Part shown: positions 38,201 through 47,255 of the stretch, piece by piece
Layout: every line of letters starts with the position of its first letter
Numbering within the stretch: position 1 is the stretch's first letter
Assembly (NCBI GenBank): GCA_036398895.1
Contig: DASWOC010000026.1
Span: 62,293-126,292, forward strand
Reading direction: 5' to 3'
DNA from: Allosphingosinicella sp.
GTDB taxonomy: Bacteria > Pseudomonadota > Alphaproteobacteria > Sphingomonadales > Sphingomonadaceae
Length of the DNA: 64,000 bases
Notes under the pieces: generated by a model
Databases searched by the model: none
What the model was told of the DNA's origin: nothing
The model's input: the letters and a program-made list of their open reading frames with translations, nothing else
Program-made: the position numbers and the translations under genes

Positions 38201-38854
38201 CGGCGGGCGCTGCGCACGCAGCTTGTCGGCTATCTTTCCGGCCGCGCCAATGAGCAGATGGAGGAGGTTCCGCTCATCAGGGTCGGGCACCAACGTTACA
38301 TCATGTACAACAAGGGCCCGCTCGTCCTCTACCTGATCCAGGAGCGCCTGGGCGAGGAAGCGGTGAACCGGGCGCTGCGTTCGCTCCTCGACAGGTACAA
38401 GTTCAAGGGCGCTCCCCACGCACGGTCGCTGGACCTGGTCGCGGCGCTGCGTGCCGAAGCGAAGACGCCGGAGGACCAGGCGCTGATTACCGACCTCTTC
38501 GAGCGGATCACCCTGTACGACTTGAAGGCTGTAACGCCCCACGCGGTGCGCCGGCCGGACGGCAGATGGGACGTCAGCGTTCCGGTGGAAGCGCGCAAAT
38601 TCTATGGCGACCGCAAGGGCGCGGAGAAGGAGGCGCCGTTGGCCGACCGGATCGAAATCGGCCTGTTCACGGAACAACCCGGCAGCCCGGCGTTCGATCG
38701 GCGCGACGTCATCCTGATGCAGCGCCAGCCGATCAAATCGGGACGTCAGGTGCTGAAGTTCGTGACCGCGAAGAAGCCGCTTTATGCGGGCATCGACCCC
38801 TACAATTTCTACATAGACCGGAATTCATCCGACAATGTAGTGCCGGTGCAGTGA
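35273..38854 (+). CDS. ABC-2 permease fused to an M1-family (gluzincin) aminopeptidase domain
   Basis: About 580 aa of repeated TM blocks, then a soluble domain with HEMAH...E (HExxH-x19-E) and YNKG. Confidence 0.88.
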   Translation: MFARIAAFEFRYLLRNPLLWMTASVVFLLPFASLAFGLEMEEDVRVFKNSPYEVISKYMIISCLFMFVTTVFVSNAVLRDDETEFGPILRSTGIRKFDYLFGRFFGALAMVALCLALVTPGILLGSLMPGVDPATVGPNRIADHLYAYFLIALPNVIVTASVFFALATVSRSMMGTYLGLLVFLALYFLLLETLGNSSELIRSFGIADPFANRVFKDATRFWTTPERNVLLPEFSGTLLYNRLLWIGISALFLAIAYFGFDFSKRKGSRGRRRKQKMADMAAAGDAIAGASRQPLPSPQHDRKAAWTLLAARTRFEVKQVVKSPAFVLLILYASFLTLSVLIAYRNPDGRPSYPLTSTLIPQLEEIFIVIPLVLVFIYAGELVWRERERRIHEIMDAAPHPNWAYVVPKATAIALLLFAMFAASAAVAVAVQLSLGFTRVELGTYLLWYVLPMTWDAVLLAALAIAVQVLSPHKFIGWGVMLLYIGAGFTGLMPGHNLLSYGGVPPISYSDMDGISSFWEGPWVFRLYWGSVAVLLLVAAHLLWRRGTETRLKSRLKQAAARFTGAPRIVAGGALLTFAATGAYAYYNTNVLNRYEAPEEGEAWSAEYEKKYIKFATLPQPAISHVKLDVALYPEERRATVKGTYLLKNLEARPIPEVHVLLLDRDLKLIDVAVEGGRLASEDDKFGYRIFRLDRPMAPGETRLMRFETQRWHRGFGNGAPNTRIADNGTFLSNDELLPGIGMRGEPKVMGGARSKYGLPPRPWPPKLGDPAAVRNANGRGSWTTADITLSTAAGQTPVAPGKKVSDLTKGGRRVARFVSDVPIRSSFAVQSARYAERHRRYRNIDLAVYHHPGHAWNVDRMLRMLEASLAYYEANFGPYQFGQARIVEFPSYGANFAQAFANTIPNSETLGFIADLRSPDALDYVTANVAHEMAHQYWGHQLTPAEMQGAMVLVETLAQYSALMVMREVKGEDQIRRALRTQLVGYLSGRANEQMEEVPLIRVGHQRYIMYNKGPLVLYLIQERLGEEAVNRALRSLLDRYKFKGAPHARSLDLVAALRAEAKTPEDQALITDLFERITLYDLKAVTPHAVRRPDGRWDVSVPVEARKFYGDRKGAEKEAPLADRIEIGLFTEQPGSPAFDRRDVILMQRQPIKSGRQVLKFVTAKKPLYAGIDPYNFYIDRNSSDNVVPVQ

Positions 38855-38894
38855 CGTAGGAGGTATAAGGACCGCCAAACCGCGACTGCGAGGA

Positions 38895-40271
38895 CTACTG
38901 CGCTGGCGTCAGCCTGACGATATCCTCCCGCGCGTTGGCCACGGCTGACAGCATCGCCGTCCACGCAGCGACGTTTTGCCTCAGCTGCTCCGGATCCACC
39001 TTATCGAACGTGTCGTCCGGCGTGTGGTGAATATCGAAATAGCGGGTGCCGTCCTGCTGCAGGTCGACTGCCGCGACGCCCGAGCGGACCCAGGCTCCAA
39101 GGTCAGCGCCGGCGCCGGCGGCCTGGCTGCTGCGCGAGATGCCGAGCGGGGCGAGCAGTGTGGCGATCCGGTCGGTAAGGGCCGCATTGGCCGGGGCGAG
39201 GCCGGGGTCCATCCGCCAAACCCGGTCCGCGCCGAAATCGGACTCCGAGACGAAGACGACATTCTCGCCCCCGTGCGCCGCTCGATAGGCCTGGCTTCCG
39301 TTCCCACCGACTTCCTCGGCCCCGAACCAGACGACTCGGATGGTCCGCCTTGGCCGTCCTGAGTCCATGATGCGCTTGGCCGCCGCGGCGGTGATGGCAA
39401 CTCCGGCCGCGTTGTCGAACGCGCCCGTGCCGAGGTCCCAGCTGTCCAAATGCCCCCCAATGAGGACGATGCCGGCATTTCGGTCGCTGCCCGGTACTTC
39501 GGCGATAACGTTGCCCGATTGCCTCATGCCGAGATTGCGGGGGGTGAGCGTGAGCCGCATCGTCACCGGCTTGCTGCGCTTGAGAATGCGCTGCAGCTGC
39601 TCGGCATCAGGAATGGAAAGGGCACCGGCGGGGATCGGGGTCGCGCCCTCCGCCCAGCTCTGAACCCCCGTATGGGGATTGCGATGGTAATCCGTGCCGA
39701 TCGAGCGGACGACGATCGCGGCCGCGCCCTTTTTGCTGGCGATGGAGGGGCCGGACCGCCGCGCCGCGCCAAAAAACCCGTATTGCGAGCCGTCCTGGGT
39801 GCGGGTCATGGCGTGGCTGACGAAGACGATCTTTCCCCGCACCGCCGCGTCGGGCGCGGCCTGCAGGTCCGTGACGTTGTCGAAGCCGACCACCTCGGCG
39901 GTGAGGCCAGCGCCGCTTGTTGCTCCGCTATTCCCGAGCGCCGTCACCGCGAGCGGCTGCGGGAAGGGGCTGACGATCTCCGCACGCTCCTCGCCGCGAA
40001 CCCATACTGGCATGTCGTATGTCTCGATACGGACGTTCGAGAAGCCGAGCGAGCGGAGCTTTCGTACCGCCCATTCGCGCGCCCTCGCTTCGCCTTCGGT
40101 GCCGGCCAGCCTTGGCCCCACCTCGGTCGTGAGGCCCTCGACGGTATCGAGCGCGATATCGTCCTTGAGAGCCGCGTCGCGCAGTCGCTCGGCTTGGGTC
40201 GAGGCGTTCTGAGCGGGGGCGGAGACGGAGAGAGCGAGGAGGGGGAGGGCGACCAGGAGGAGCTTCTTCAT
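38895..40271 (-). CDS. M28-family metallopeptidase (carboxypeptidase Q-like), secreted
   Basis: Signal peptide, PA-like insert, GGHLDSWD, DNAAG, GAEEVG and YFDIHHTPDD. Confidence 0.9.
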   Translation of the reverse strand: MKKLLLVALPLLALSVSAPAQNASTQAERLRDAALKDDIALDTVEGLTTEVGPRLAGTEGEARAREWAVRKLRSLGFSNVRIETYDMPVWVRGEERAEIVSPFPQPLAVTALGNSGATSGAGLTAEVVGFDNVTDLQAAPDAAVRGKIVFVSHAMTRTQDGSQYGFFGAARRSGPSIASKKGAAAIVVRSIGTDYHRNPHTGVQSWAEGATPIPAGALSIPDAEQLQRILKRSKPVTMRLTLTPRNLGMRQSGNVIAEVPGSDRNAGIVLIGGHLDSWDLGTGAFDNAAGVAITAAAAKRIMDSGRPRRTIRVVWFGAEEVGGNGSQAYRAAHGGENVVFVSESDFGADRVWRMDPGLAPANAALTDRIATLLAPLGISRSSQAAGAGADLGAWVRSGVAAVDLQQDGTRYFDIHHTPDDTFDKVDPEQLRQNVAAWTAMLSAVANAREDIVRLTPAQ

Positions 40272-40379
40272 GGCCGGGGCCTACAAGCGGCCGGGAGGTT
40301 TGCCAATCCCGCACGGGCGCACTAACTAGACGGCCAAGCCTACCCTTCCCAACGCTTTTTTCCGGAGAGACGCGCCGCC

Positions 40380-42059
40380 ATGGCCGCACAGTATAGCTTC
40401 GTCATGAAGGGCATGACCAAGACCTTCCCCGGCGCGCCCAAGCCGATCCTCAACAACATCCATCTGCAATTCTATTCGGACGCCAAGATCGCGATCATCG
40501 GTCCGAACGGCTCGGGCAAGTCGACGCTGATGAAGATCATGGCGGGCCGCGACACGGAATATCAGGGCGAGGCCTGGCCCGGCGAGGGGATTCGGGTCGG
40601 CTATCTGGAGCAGGAGCCGCAGCTCGATTCGACCAAGACGGTCAAGGAAAACGTCATGGACGGCGTCCGGCCGGTCGCGGACATGATGGACCGCTTCAAC
40701 GCCATCTCCGCGCTCATGGCCGATCCGCCCGAGGACGCCGATTTCGACGCTCTCATGAGCGAAATGGGCGAACTTCAGGAAAAGATCGACGCCGTCGACG
40801 GCTGGACGCTCGACAACCAACTTGAGATCGCGATGGACGCGCTGCGCTGCCCGCCAGGGGACTCGTCGGTCGAGAATCTGTCGGGCGGCGAGAAGCGGCG
40901 GGTGGCGCTCACCCGCCTGCTGCTCGAGAAGCCGGACATCCTGCTGCTCGACGAACCAACCAACCATCTGGACGCGGAGAGCGTCCAGTGGCTCGAGAAG
41001 CACCTGGTCGACTATGCCGGAAACGTTATCCTGGTCACCCACGACCGCTATTTCCTCGACAATGTCGTGAACTGGGTGCTCGAGCTCGATCGCGGCCGCT
41101 ACTACATTTATGAATCCAATTATTCCGGCTATTTGGAGAAGAAAGCTAAGAGGCTGGAGCAGGAAGAGCGCGAGGAGCAGGGTAAGCAGAAGGCGATCCA
41201 GGAGGAGCTGGACTGGATCCGCCGGACCCCCAAGGCGCGCCAGACTAAGTCCAAGGCCCGTATCAAGGCGTTCGATGAGCTGGTCGAGGCTCAGGAGAAC
41301 CGCTCGCCTGGAAAGGCCCAGATCCTCATCCAGGTGCCCGAGCGGCTCGGCGGCACTGTCATCGAGGCCAATGGCCTCACCAAAGCCTACGGCGATAAGT
41401 TGCTGTTTGATGACCTCAGCTTCACGCTTCCGCCGGGCGGAATCGTCGGAGTGATCGGGCCCAACGGCGCCGGCAAGACGACCCTGTTCAAGCTGATCAC
41501 TGGAGCCGAGCAGCCGGACGCGGGCAGCATCCGCATCGGCGAGACGGTGCGGCTTGGCTATGTCGACCAGAGCCGCGACGCGCTTGACCCGAAGAAGAAC
41601 GTCTGGGAGGAGGTCTCAGGCGGCCTCGACATCTTCAAGCTCGGCAAGCACGAGGTCGCGACCCGAGCTTATGTGGGCGCCTTCAACTTCCGCGGCGGCG
41701 ACCAGCAGAAGAAGGTCGGCCAGCTCTCAGGCGGCGAGCGCAACCGCGTCCATATGGCCAAGATGCTTCAGAAAGGCGGCAACGTTCTCCTGCTCGACGA
41801 GCCGACGAACGATCTCGACGTCGAGACCCTGCGCGCGCTCGAGGAAGCCTTGGAGAATTTCGCAGGCTGCGCGGTCGTCATCAGCCACGACCGCTTCTTC
41901 CTCGATCGCCTGGCAACCCACATCCTCGCCTTCGAAGGCGACAGCCATGTGGAGTGGTTCGAAGGCAATTTCGAAGCTTATGAAGAAGATAAGCGACGGC
42001 GCATGGGACCGGAGGCCGACAGGCCGCACCGGATGACCTACAAGAAGCTGACGAGGTAG
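40380..42059 (+). CDS. ettA: Energy-dependent translational throttle protein (ABC-F)
   Basis: Two ABC domains (GPNGSGKST, GPNGAGKTT) and no TM segments. The MAAQYSFVMKG N-terminus is typical of EttA. Confidence 0.95.
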   Translation: MAAQYSFVMKGMTKTFPGAPKPILNNIHLQFYSDAKIAIIGPNGSGKSTLMKIMAGRDTEYQGEAWPGEGIRVGYLEQEPQLDSTKTVKENVMDGVRPVADMMDRFNAISALMADPPEDADFDALMSEMGELQEKIDAVDGWTLDNQLEIAMDALRCPPGDSSVENLSGGEKRRVALTRLLLEKPDILLLDEPTNHLDAESVQWLEKHLVDYAGNVILVTHDRYFLDNVVNWVLELDRGRYYIYESNYSGYLEKKAKRLEQEEREEQGKQKAIQEELDWIRRTPKARQTKSKARIKAFDELVEAQENRSPGKAQILIQVPERLGGTVIEANGLTKAYGDKLLFDDLSFTLPPGGIVGVIGPNGAGKTTLFKLITGAEQPDAGSIRIGETVRLGYVDQSRDALDPKKNVWEEVSGGLDIFKLGKHEVATRAYVGAFNFRGGDQQKKVGQLSGGERNRVHMAKMLQKGGNVLLLDEPTNDLDVETLRALEEALENFAGCAVVISHDRFFLDRLATHILAFEGDSHVEWFEGNFEAYEEDKRRRMGPEADRPHRMTYKKLTR

Positions 42060-42086
42060 GCGGCGCTCCCCCATCGGAGCGCCGCC
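42059..42086. terminator. Hairpin between convergent ettA and a hypothetical gene
   Basis: ggcggcgctcc-N6-ggagcgccgcc, a perfect 11-bp stem. Confidence 0.65.
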
Positions 42087-42100
42087 CAATCTCGTTGCAG

Positions 42101-42517
42101 TTACTTGGGGGTGCTGTTGGTTACCCTGAGGCCCCGAATCAGGTGCGGCGCCTGATCGTCCAGGGCCATGTCCACGCTCAGAGTCACTTTCTCGAAGTCT
42201 ATCTGGAAGGAAGCCCTGTTCGGCGCCTTCTCTTCCAGCTGTGAAACGCCCTTCGCTTCACCGTGCTGCTCGCGAATTTGGGCATTCATCTCAGCCATTC
42301 GTTCAGCAGGGAGCTTCTCCAGCATCGCCGGAGCGACAACTTTGGTAAGGTCCTTGCGGCCGTTAATCATTTCCACGACCTCGCCGGCGCGGCTTGTCAG
42401 GATCGCCGAAGCCTTGGACGCCGCGGCCTGATCCGAAGCTGAAGCGGCCGTGGTCGCCAAAGGCGTCCCGACCATAAGAATGGCAGCAAACGCGGCTAAG
42501 GACTTTGTGATACGCAT
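42101..42517 (-). CDS. Secreted hypothetical protein
   Basis: Signal peptide MRITKSLAAFAAILMVGTPLA with an RBS-like gggag upstream of ATG 42517. Confidence 0.7.
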   Translation of the reverse strand: MRITKSLAAFAAILMVGTPLATTAASASDQAAASKASAILTSRAGEVVEMINGRKDLTKVVAPAMLEKLPAERMAEMNAQIREQHGEAKGVSQLEEKAPNRASFQIDFEKVTLSVDMALDDQAPHLIRGLRVTNSTPK

Positions 42518-42627
42518 AATAATCTCCCCACCCCCAATTCGTTGAATGGTATGGGTGCCTTGAAATACGATAAAGATCAAGCCTTTGCGCCGGATGGGGC
42601 CACGCCATGGAGGCGTTCTCGTGACCG

Positions 42628-43356
42628 TCAGCGCACCCGCTTCACATAGACCCGGCCATCCTCGCGGCGCTCAGTGGCGAAATTGGGTACCGCATCGATG
42701 AGGTCGGCAAGGCCGTCATAGCCGTAGCTTCGGGCGTCGAAGGAGGAGCGGTTGCCGGCGCGCTGGCCGACCTCGGAGAGGCTCGCATAGCCGCGCCCGT
42801 CGCGTTTGGAGGCGCGGAAGGCGGCGCCGAGCAACTTGATCAGTTCCTCGTCCACCTCTCGCTTGGCCAAGGGGGGCTTGTCCTCCGGCGCGTCCTCGAC
42901 GTCGGCTTTGGCGAGCGCAGAGACATCGATGAAGCGCGTGCAGGCCTGGCGGAAGCTCTCCGGCGTGCGCTGGGTCCCGAAGCCGTAAACCGGCAGTCCG
43001 TCCTGGCGGATGCGCATCGCCAGCGGCATGAAGTCGCTGTCGCTCGACATGATCCCGAAGCCGTCGACGTGCCCCCGGTAGAGCAGGTCCATGGCGTCGA
43101 TAATCATCTTCATGTCGGTCGAGCTCTTGCCCTTGGTTAGGTCGAATTGCTGGTGCGGCTCGATCGCGTTGCGGTGGGTCATCGCTTCCCAGCCTCTGAG
43201 TGCCGGCTTCTTCCAGTTCCCGTAGGCGCGGCGGATGTTCACCGTCCCAAGTTCCGCAAGCACGGTCAGCACCGCGTCGAGCGAATCCGGCGACGCATTG
43301 TCGGCGTCTATGAGGAGAGCGATGTTGCGAGCGCGGGGAGGGGAGGGGTCGGTCAT
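42628..43356 (-). CDS. NYN (LabA/DUF88) domain protein with C-terminal OST-HTH/LOTUS domain
   Basis: IALLIDADN, GKSSTDMKMIIDAMD, SSDSDF and the C-terminal FDARSYGYDGLADLI. Confidence 0.9.
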   Translation of the reverse strand: MTDPSPPRARNIALLIDADNASPDSLDAVLTVLAELGTVNIRRAYGNWKKPALRGWEAMTHRNAIEPHQQFDLTKGKSSTDMKMIIDAMDLLYRGHVDGFGIMSSDSDFMPLAMRIRQDGLPVYGFGTQRTPESFRQACTRFIDVSALAKADVEDAPEDKPPLAKREVDEELIKLLGAAFRASKRDGRGYASLSEVGQRAGNRSSFDARSYGYDGLADLIDAVPNFATERREDGRVYVKRVR

Positions 43357-43463
43357 GGCGCGAGTGTAGCGGCAAGTCGGCCTCAGGCAATGAGCGCCTT
43401 GAGAAGGTGGATCGGATGACGGGCCGCGGGGTTCTAAGCCGCAACCCCCTCGGAAGGACTGTC

Positions 43464-43985
43464 ATGGCTACTGCTCCAGCCTCCCATGTTCGAATGATCT
43501 TCGTCACCGGCCTCCAGAACGCCCACGCCGTCGAGCAGCAGGCGCTGTCGCTGGTCGACCGGCAGCTGGACCGGCTGACCCGGTATCCCGAAATCGCCGA
43601 CCGGCTCCGCTCGCACCGCCTCGAGACGGAGGATCAGATCCGGCGGCTGGAAGATATCATGGGGTCGCTCGGAGAGCGGCCGTCGAGCCTCAAGGACATT
43701 GCGCTGTCGTTCATGGGCAATATGGCCGCGCTCGGCCATGTCATGGCGGCGGACGAAGTGCTGAAGAACCAGTTCGTCAACGCCGCCTTCGAGAATTTCG
43801 AGATTGCGAGCTACACCTCGCTCATCGCCATGGCGGAGGCTGGCGCCTTTCCCACCGCGGCCGCGCTCCTTCAGGACACACTCAAGGAGGAGATCTCCAT
43901 GGCGGTATGGGTTCAGGACAGCCTTCCAGACCTTACCCGCAAATATATTGATCTGAGAGCCGGCGGCCGCGACGCAAGCCACTGA
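43464..43985 (+). CDS. Ferritin-like DUF892 (YciE/YciF family) protein
   Basis: GLQNAHAVEQQA, HRLETEDQIRRLE and ENFEIASYTSLI. Confidence 0.88.
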   Translation: MATAPASHVRMIFVTGLQNAHAVEQQALSLVDRQLDRLTRYPEIADRLRSHRLETEDQIRRLEDIMGSLGERPSSLKDIALSFMGNMAALGHVMAADEVLKNQFVNAAFENFEIASYTSLIAMAEAGAFPTAAALLQDTLKEEISMAVWVQDSLPDLTRKYIDLRAGGRDASH

Positions 43986-44047
43986 AGAGCAGCGGTTAAT
44001 TCGCCTCTGGCCCTTTCGTTCAAACTGCGGCACAAGCCTAGCAGTCC

Positions 44048-44734
44048 ATGGCGAGCGTCCGCAGCCTCTACGACGTCCTGAACGTCTCTCCGGAAGCTGA
44101 GCCGGAGGTGCTGGAGGCCGCCTACAAGGTACTGATCAAGAAATATCATCCCGACCATCTGGAACAGGCGGGTAGGCGCGACGCTGCCGAGATCAACCGA
44201 GCCTTTTCGACTCTCCGCGACCCGGAACGGCGGGCCCAGTATGACCACCATCTTTGGTCGAAGCAGCAGGCTCAGCGGCTCGCGGAGCTGAGGGCGCTGG
44301 ACCCTCCAAGGCGCGGCTCGCGATTGTTCGGATGGAGCGGATGGCTGGTCGCCGGCGCGCTCGGCTGCGCCGTCGCGGCCATGGCCGTGGAGCGGGAAAT
44401 CGCTCCCTTGTCCGCCGGCGTCCGAGCCGCCGAGGAGGACCCACGTCGAGTGCCTCCGGAGGTGGCGGCCGCGCGCAAGGCCTCTGCCGCGCTGGACAAT
44501 CTCCCGGATCATCCGTCGGCCGATGCCGTCATCGCGAGGGTGCGAGCGGAGGCGAGGGGGGTTCAGCTTGATCTTCAACCCAGGCATATGGCCGCGCTGA
44601 AGGCCGTGCCGGAAGCGACGGCCTTGCCTCGGACCGCGCCGCGACCGCGAAAGGTGCGCAAGTCTGCGCCCGCGGCCTCCCAGGCGAAGAGGGAGAAGGC
44701 CGACTTCCTAGAGCGGGAAGGTTATATCTACTGA
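44048..44734 (+). CDS. J-domain membrane protein
   Basis: LYDVLNVS...KYHPD...INRAFSTLRDPERRAQYD followed by one TM segment. Confidence 0.85.
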   Translation: MASVRSLYDVLNVSPEAEPEVLEAAYKVLIKKYHPDHLEQAGRRDAAEINRAFSTLRDPERRAQYDHHLWSKQQAQRLAELRALDPPRRGSRLFGWSGWLVAGALGCAVAAMAVEREIAPLSAGVRAAEEDPRRVPPEVAAARKASAALDNLPDHPSADAVIARVRAEARGVQLDLQPRHMAALKAVPEATALPRTAPRPRKVRKSAPAASQAKREKADFLEREGYIY

Positions 44735-44743
44735 GTCCGCGCT

Positions 44744-45058
44744 TCAGCGCTTGCAGGGGACAGTGCAGGGCTTGGTAGGGTCGGGGCCGGCGCGGCGAAC
44801 GCGATCTTCCCCGGCGGACTGTTTGACGCGCTCCTCAAGCCCCTTCCTGCCCTTCTTGTAACCCTTCGCTTCGAGGCAGTCATAAGCGTTGAGCAGGGCC
44901 GCCACCGGATCCATCCAATATTTGTTGTTGGCCCACTCGGTGCAGTAGTTGATGTCTACCTGCTGCTCCGCGAGGCTCTTCGTCGGATGCGAGACTTGGG
45001 CCGCGCACGCGCTGAGCACCGGAATCAGGCCAACCGCAAGCGCAAGGCGAAGGCTCAT
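44744..45058 (-). CDS. Putative lipoprotein
   Basis: Lipobox LSAC and four further Cys residues. ATG overlaps the putP stop. Confidence 0.65.
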   Translation of the reverse strand: MSLRLALAVGLIPVLSACAAQVSHPTKSLAEQQVDINYCTEWANNKYWMDPVAALLNAYDCLEAKGYKKGRKGLEERVKQSAGEDRVRRAGPDPTKPCTVPCKR

Positions 45059-46554
45059 TGCCGCGCCTCCCTAAGCTCAGCCTCGCACGCCTCGTAGCGC
45101 TCGGCGACGTGGGGCGGCGGCGGGCCCCCCATGAGGCTCACGATGATCGCAACGGCCGAGCAGACGAGGAAGCCGGGCACCATCTCGTAGAGCAGCGAGC
45201 TCAACGCGGCGCCCTCCGGGAGGAGGGGCGCGTAGATCCAGAAGAGCACGGTTGCCGCTCCCGCGATCATGCCGCCAAGGGCGCCGTTGCGGGTCAGCCG
45301 CTTCCAGGTGAGGCACAGGATAACGATCGGGCCGAACGCCGCTCCGAAGCCCGCCCACGCATTGGCCACGAGGCCCAGAATGTTGCTGTCGGGATCGTAG
45401 GCGAGGAGGATCGCCACGAGCGACACGATGAGGACGCAGAGCCGTCCCACACGCACCAGCGTCTTCTCGCTCGCCTCCTTCTTCAGCCAAGCGCGGTAGA
45501 GATCCTCGGTCAGGGAGCTCGAGGAGACGAGGAGCTGCGAGGAGACGGTGCTCATGATGGCGGCGAGCAGGGCGGCGAGAAGGAAGCCCGTGATGAGCGG
45601 GTGGAAGAGGAGATCGGAAAGGACGATGAAGATTGTCTCGGGATCCTTGACCTCGATGCCGTTGCGGCTGGCGTAAGCGAGCCCGGCGAAGCCCGTCGCA
45701 AGCGCCCCCGCGAGCGTCACCGCCATCCAGCCCATGCCGATCCTCCGCATCGCTGGTACGTCCGCCAGACGCCGCACCGCCATGAACCGAGCGAGGATGT
45801 GCGGCTGGCCGAAGTAGCCCAGGCCCCAGGCGAGGTTGGAGACGATCGCCGCCACACCAAGGCCGCCGAACAGGCTCATCATCGCCGGATTGGCACTCGC
45901 AGCTTCCGCCGCGGCTGCCCCTGGTCCTCCTACCGCCGTCAAGGCGACGATCGGCACCAGGACCAGAGCCACGAACATGATCGCCCCCTGGACGAAGTCC
46001 GTGAGGCTGACGGCGAGGAATCCCCCAAAGAAGGTATAGATCACGACGACCCCGGCGGTGATCCAGAGGCCGAGGGCGTAATCCGCCCCGAACGCGCTTT
46101 CGAACAGCTTTCCCCCGGCCACCATCCCGCTCGACGTGTAGAGGGTGAAGAAGATGATGATGACCAGCGCGGAGACGACCCGGAGGCGGCCGCTCGTATC
46201 GGCCAGCCGGTGCTCGAAGAAGCGGGGGAGGGTGATCGAATCCCCGGCGCGCTCGGTCTGGACCCGAAGGCGCGGGGCAACCAGTCGGTAATTGGCGTAG
46301 GCCCCCGCGAGGAGCCCGACCGCGATCCAGCCGGCGCTGAGGCCGGTTGCGTAAATCGCTCCGGGGAGCCCCATCAGCAGCCATCCGCTCATGTCGGCCG
46401 CGCCGGCGGAAAGGGCCGCGACGCCGGGTCCGAGATCCCGCTCCCCGATCAAGAAGCCCTTGAGGGTGCTCGTCGCCTTGCGCCAGGCATAGAAGCCAAT
46501 GGCCAGCATCCCGGCGAAATAAACGCCCAGCGAAATGGCGACGCCGGTCTCCAT
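45055..46554 (-). CDS. putP: Sodium/proline symporter
   Basis: SAGAADMSGWLLMGLPG, WGLGYFGQPHILARFMA, AAIMSTVSSQLL and about 13 TM segments. Confidence 0.95.
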   Translation of the reverse strand: METGVAISLGVYFAGMLAIGFYAWRKATSTLKGFLIGERDLGPGVAALSAGAADMSGWLLMGLPGAIYATGLSAGWIAVGLLAGAYANYRLVAPRLRVQTERAGDSITLPRFFEHRLADTSGRLRVVSALVIIIFFTLYTSSGMVAGGKLFESAFGADYALGLWITAGVVVIYTFFGGFLAVSLTDFVQGAIMFVALVLVPIVALTAVGGPGAAAAEAASANPAMMSLFGGLGVAAIVSNLAWGLGYFGQPHILARFMAVRRLADVPAMRRIGMGWMAVTLAGALATGFAGLAYASRNGIEVKDPETIFIVLSDLLFHPLITGFLLAALLAAIMSTVSSQLLVSSSSLTEDLYRAWLKKEASEKTLVRVGRLCVLIVSLVAILLAYDPDSNILGLVANAWAGFGAAFGPIVILCLTWKRLTRNGALGGMIAGAATVLFWIYAPLLPEGAALSSLLYEMVPGFLVCSAVAIIVSLMGGPPPPHVAERYEACEAELREARQ

Positions 46555-46563
46555 GGCCTCTCC

Positions 46564-47190
46564 TCAGGCCGGCGCGAAGGCGCCGCTCTCCTCATCGAGC
46601 ACATGAAGCATGCCGTCGGCAATGGCGAAATAGGCTCCGTGGAGCTTCAGGCGCCCGTCCGCCTCCCGCTCATGCACCCAGGGAAAGGTACGCAAGTTCG
46701 CAAGCGACACCCGCACGCCTTCCAGCTCCATGGCCCGAAAATCGTCCGGCCCTTGCTCGCGCCGGACCTTCTCGCGGGCCTCGCGGAGCAGCTCGATCCA
46801 GTCAGCGATGAAATGACCTTCCCCGTGCGGCGCCTGGTCGAAGTGGCCGGTGAGCGCCGCGGCGCAGCCTCCGCACGATCCGTGGCCGAGGACCACGACC
46901 TCTTCCACCTGGAGCTGGGTAACAGCGAATTCCAGGGCCGCGGAGACGCCGTGATGTCCGCCGCCCGTCTCGAACGGCGGGACCAGATTGGCGACGTTGC
47001 GCACCACGAACATCTCGCCTGGTCCGGCATCGAAAATCTGCGTAGGATCAACCCGGCTGTCGGAGCAGGCGATGATCATCACCTTGGGGCTCTGCCCTTC
47101 GGCAAGCTGCGCCCATCGTTCACGCTGCTGCGCCCACCCGTTGTCGCGGAAACGGCGGTAACCGTCGATGAGATTGATGAATCGTGCCAT
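46564..47190 (-). CDS. Beta-class carbonic anhydrase
   Basis: Zn ligand motifs CSDSR, RNVAN and HGSCGG. Confidence 0.95.
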   Translation of the reverse strand: MARFINLIDGYRRFRDNGWAQQRERWAQLAEGQSPKVMIIACSDSRVDPTQIFDAGPGEMFVVRNVANLVPPFETGGGHHGVSAALEFAVTQLQVEEVVVLGHGSCGGCAAALTGHFDQAPHGEGHFIADWIELLREAREKVRREQGPDDFRAMELEGVRVSLANLRTFPWVHEREADGRLKLHGAYFAIADGMLHVLDEESGAFAPA

Positions 47191-47255
47191 GCCGGCTCGC
47201 TAGCGACAGGAGGGGAGGGGTGGCAAGTCCCGCCCGCCGTCGCTATTTGCGCCCC

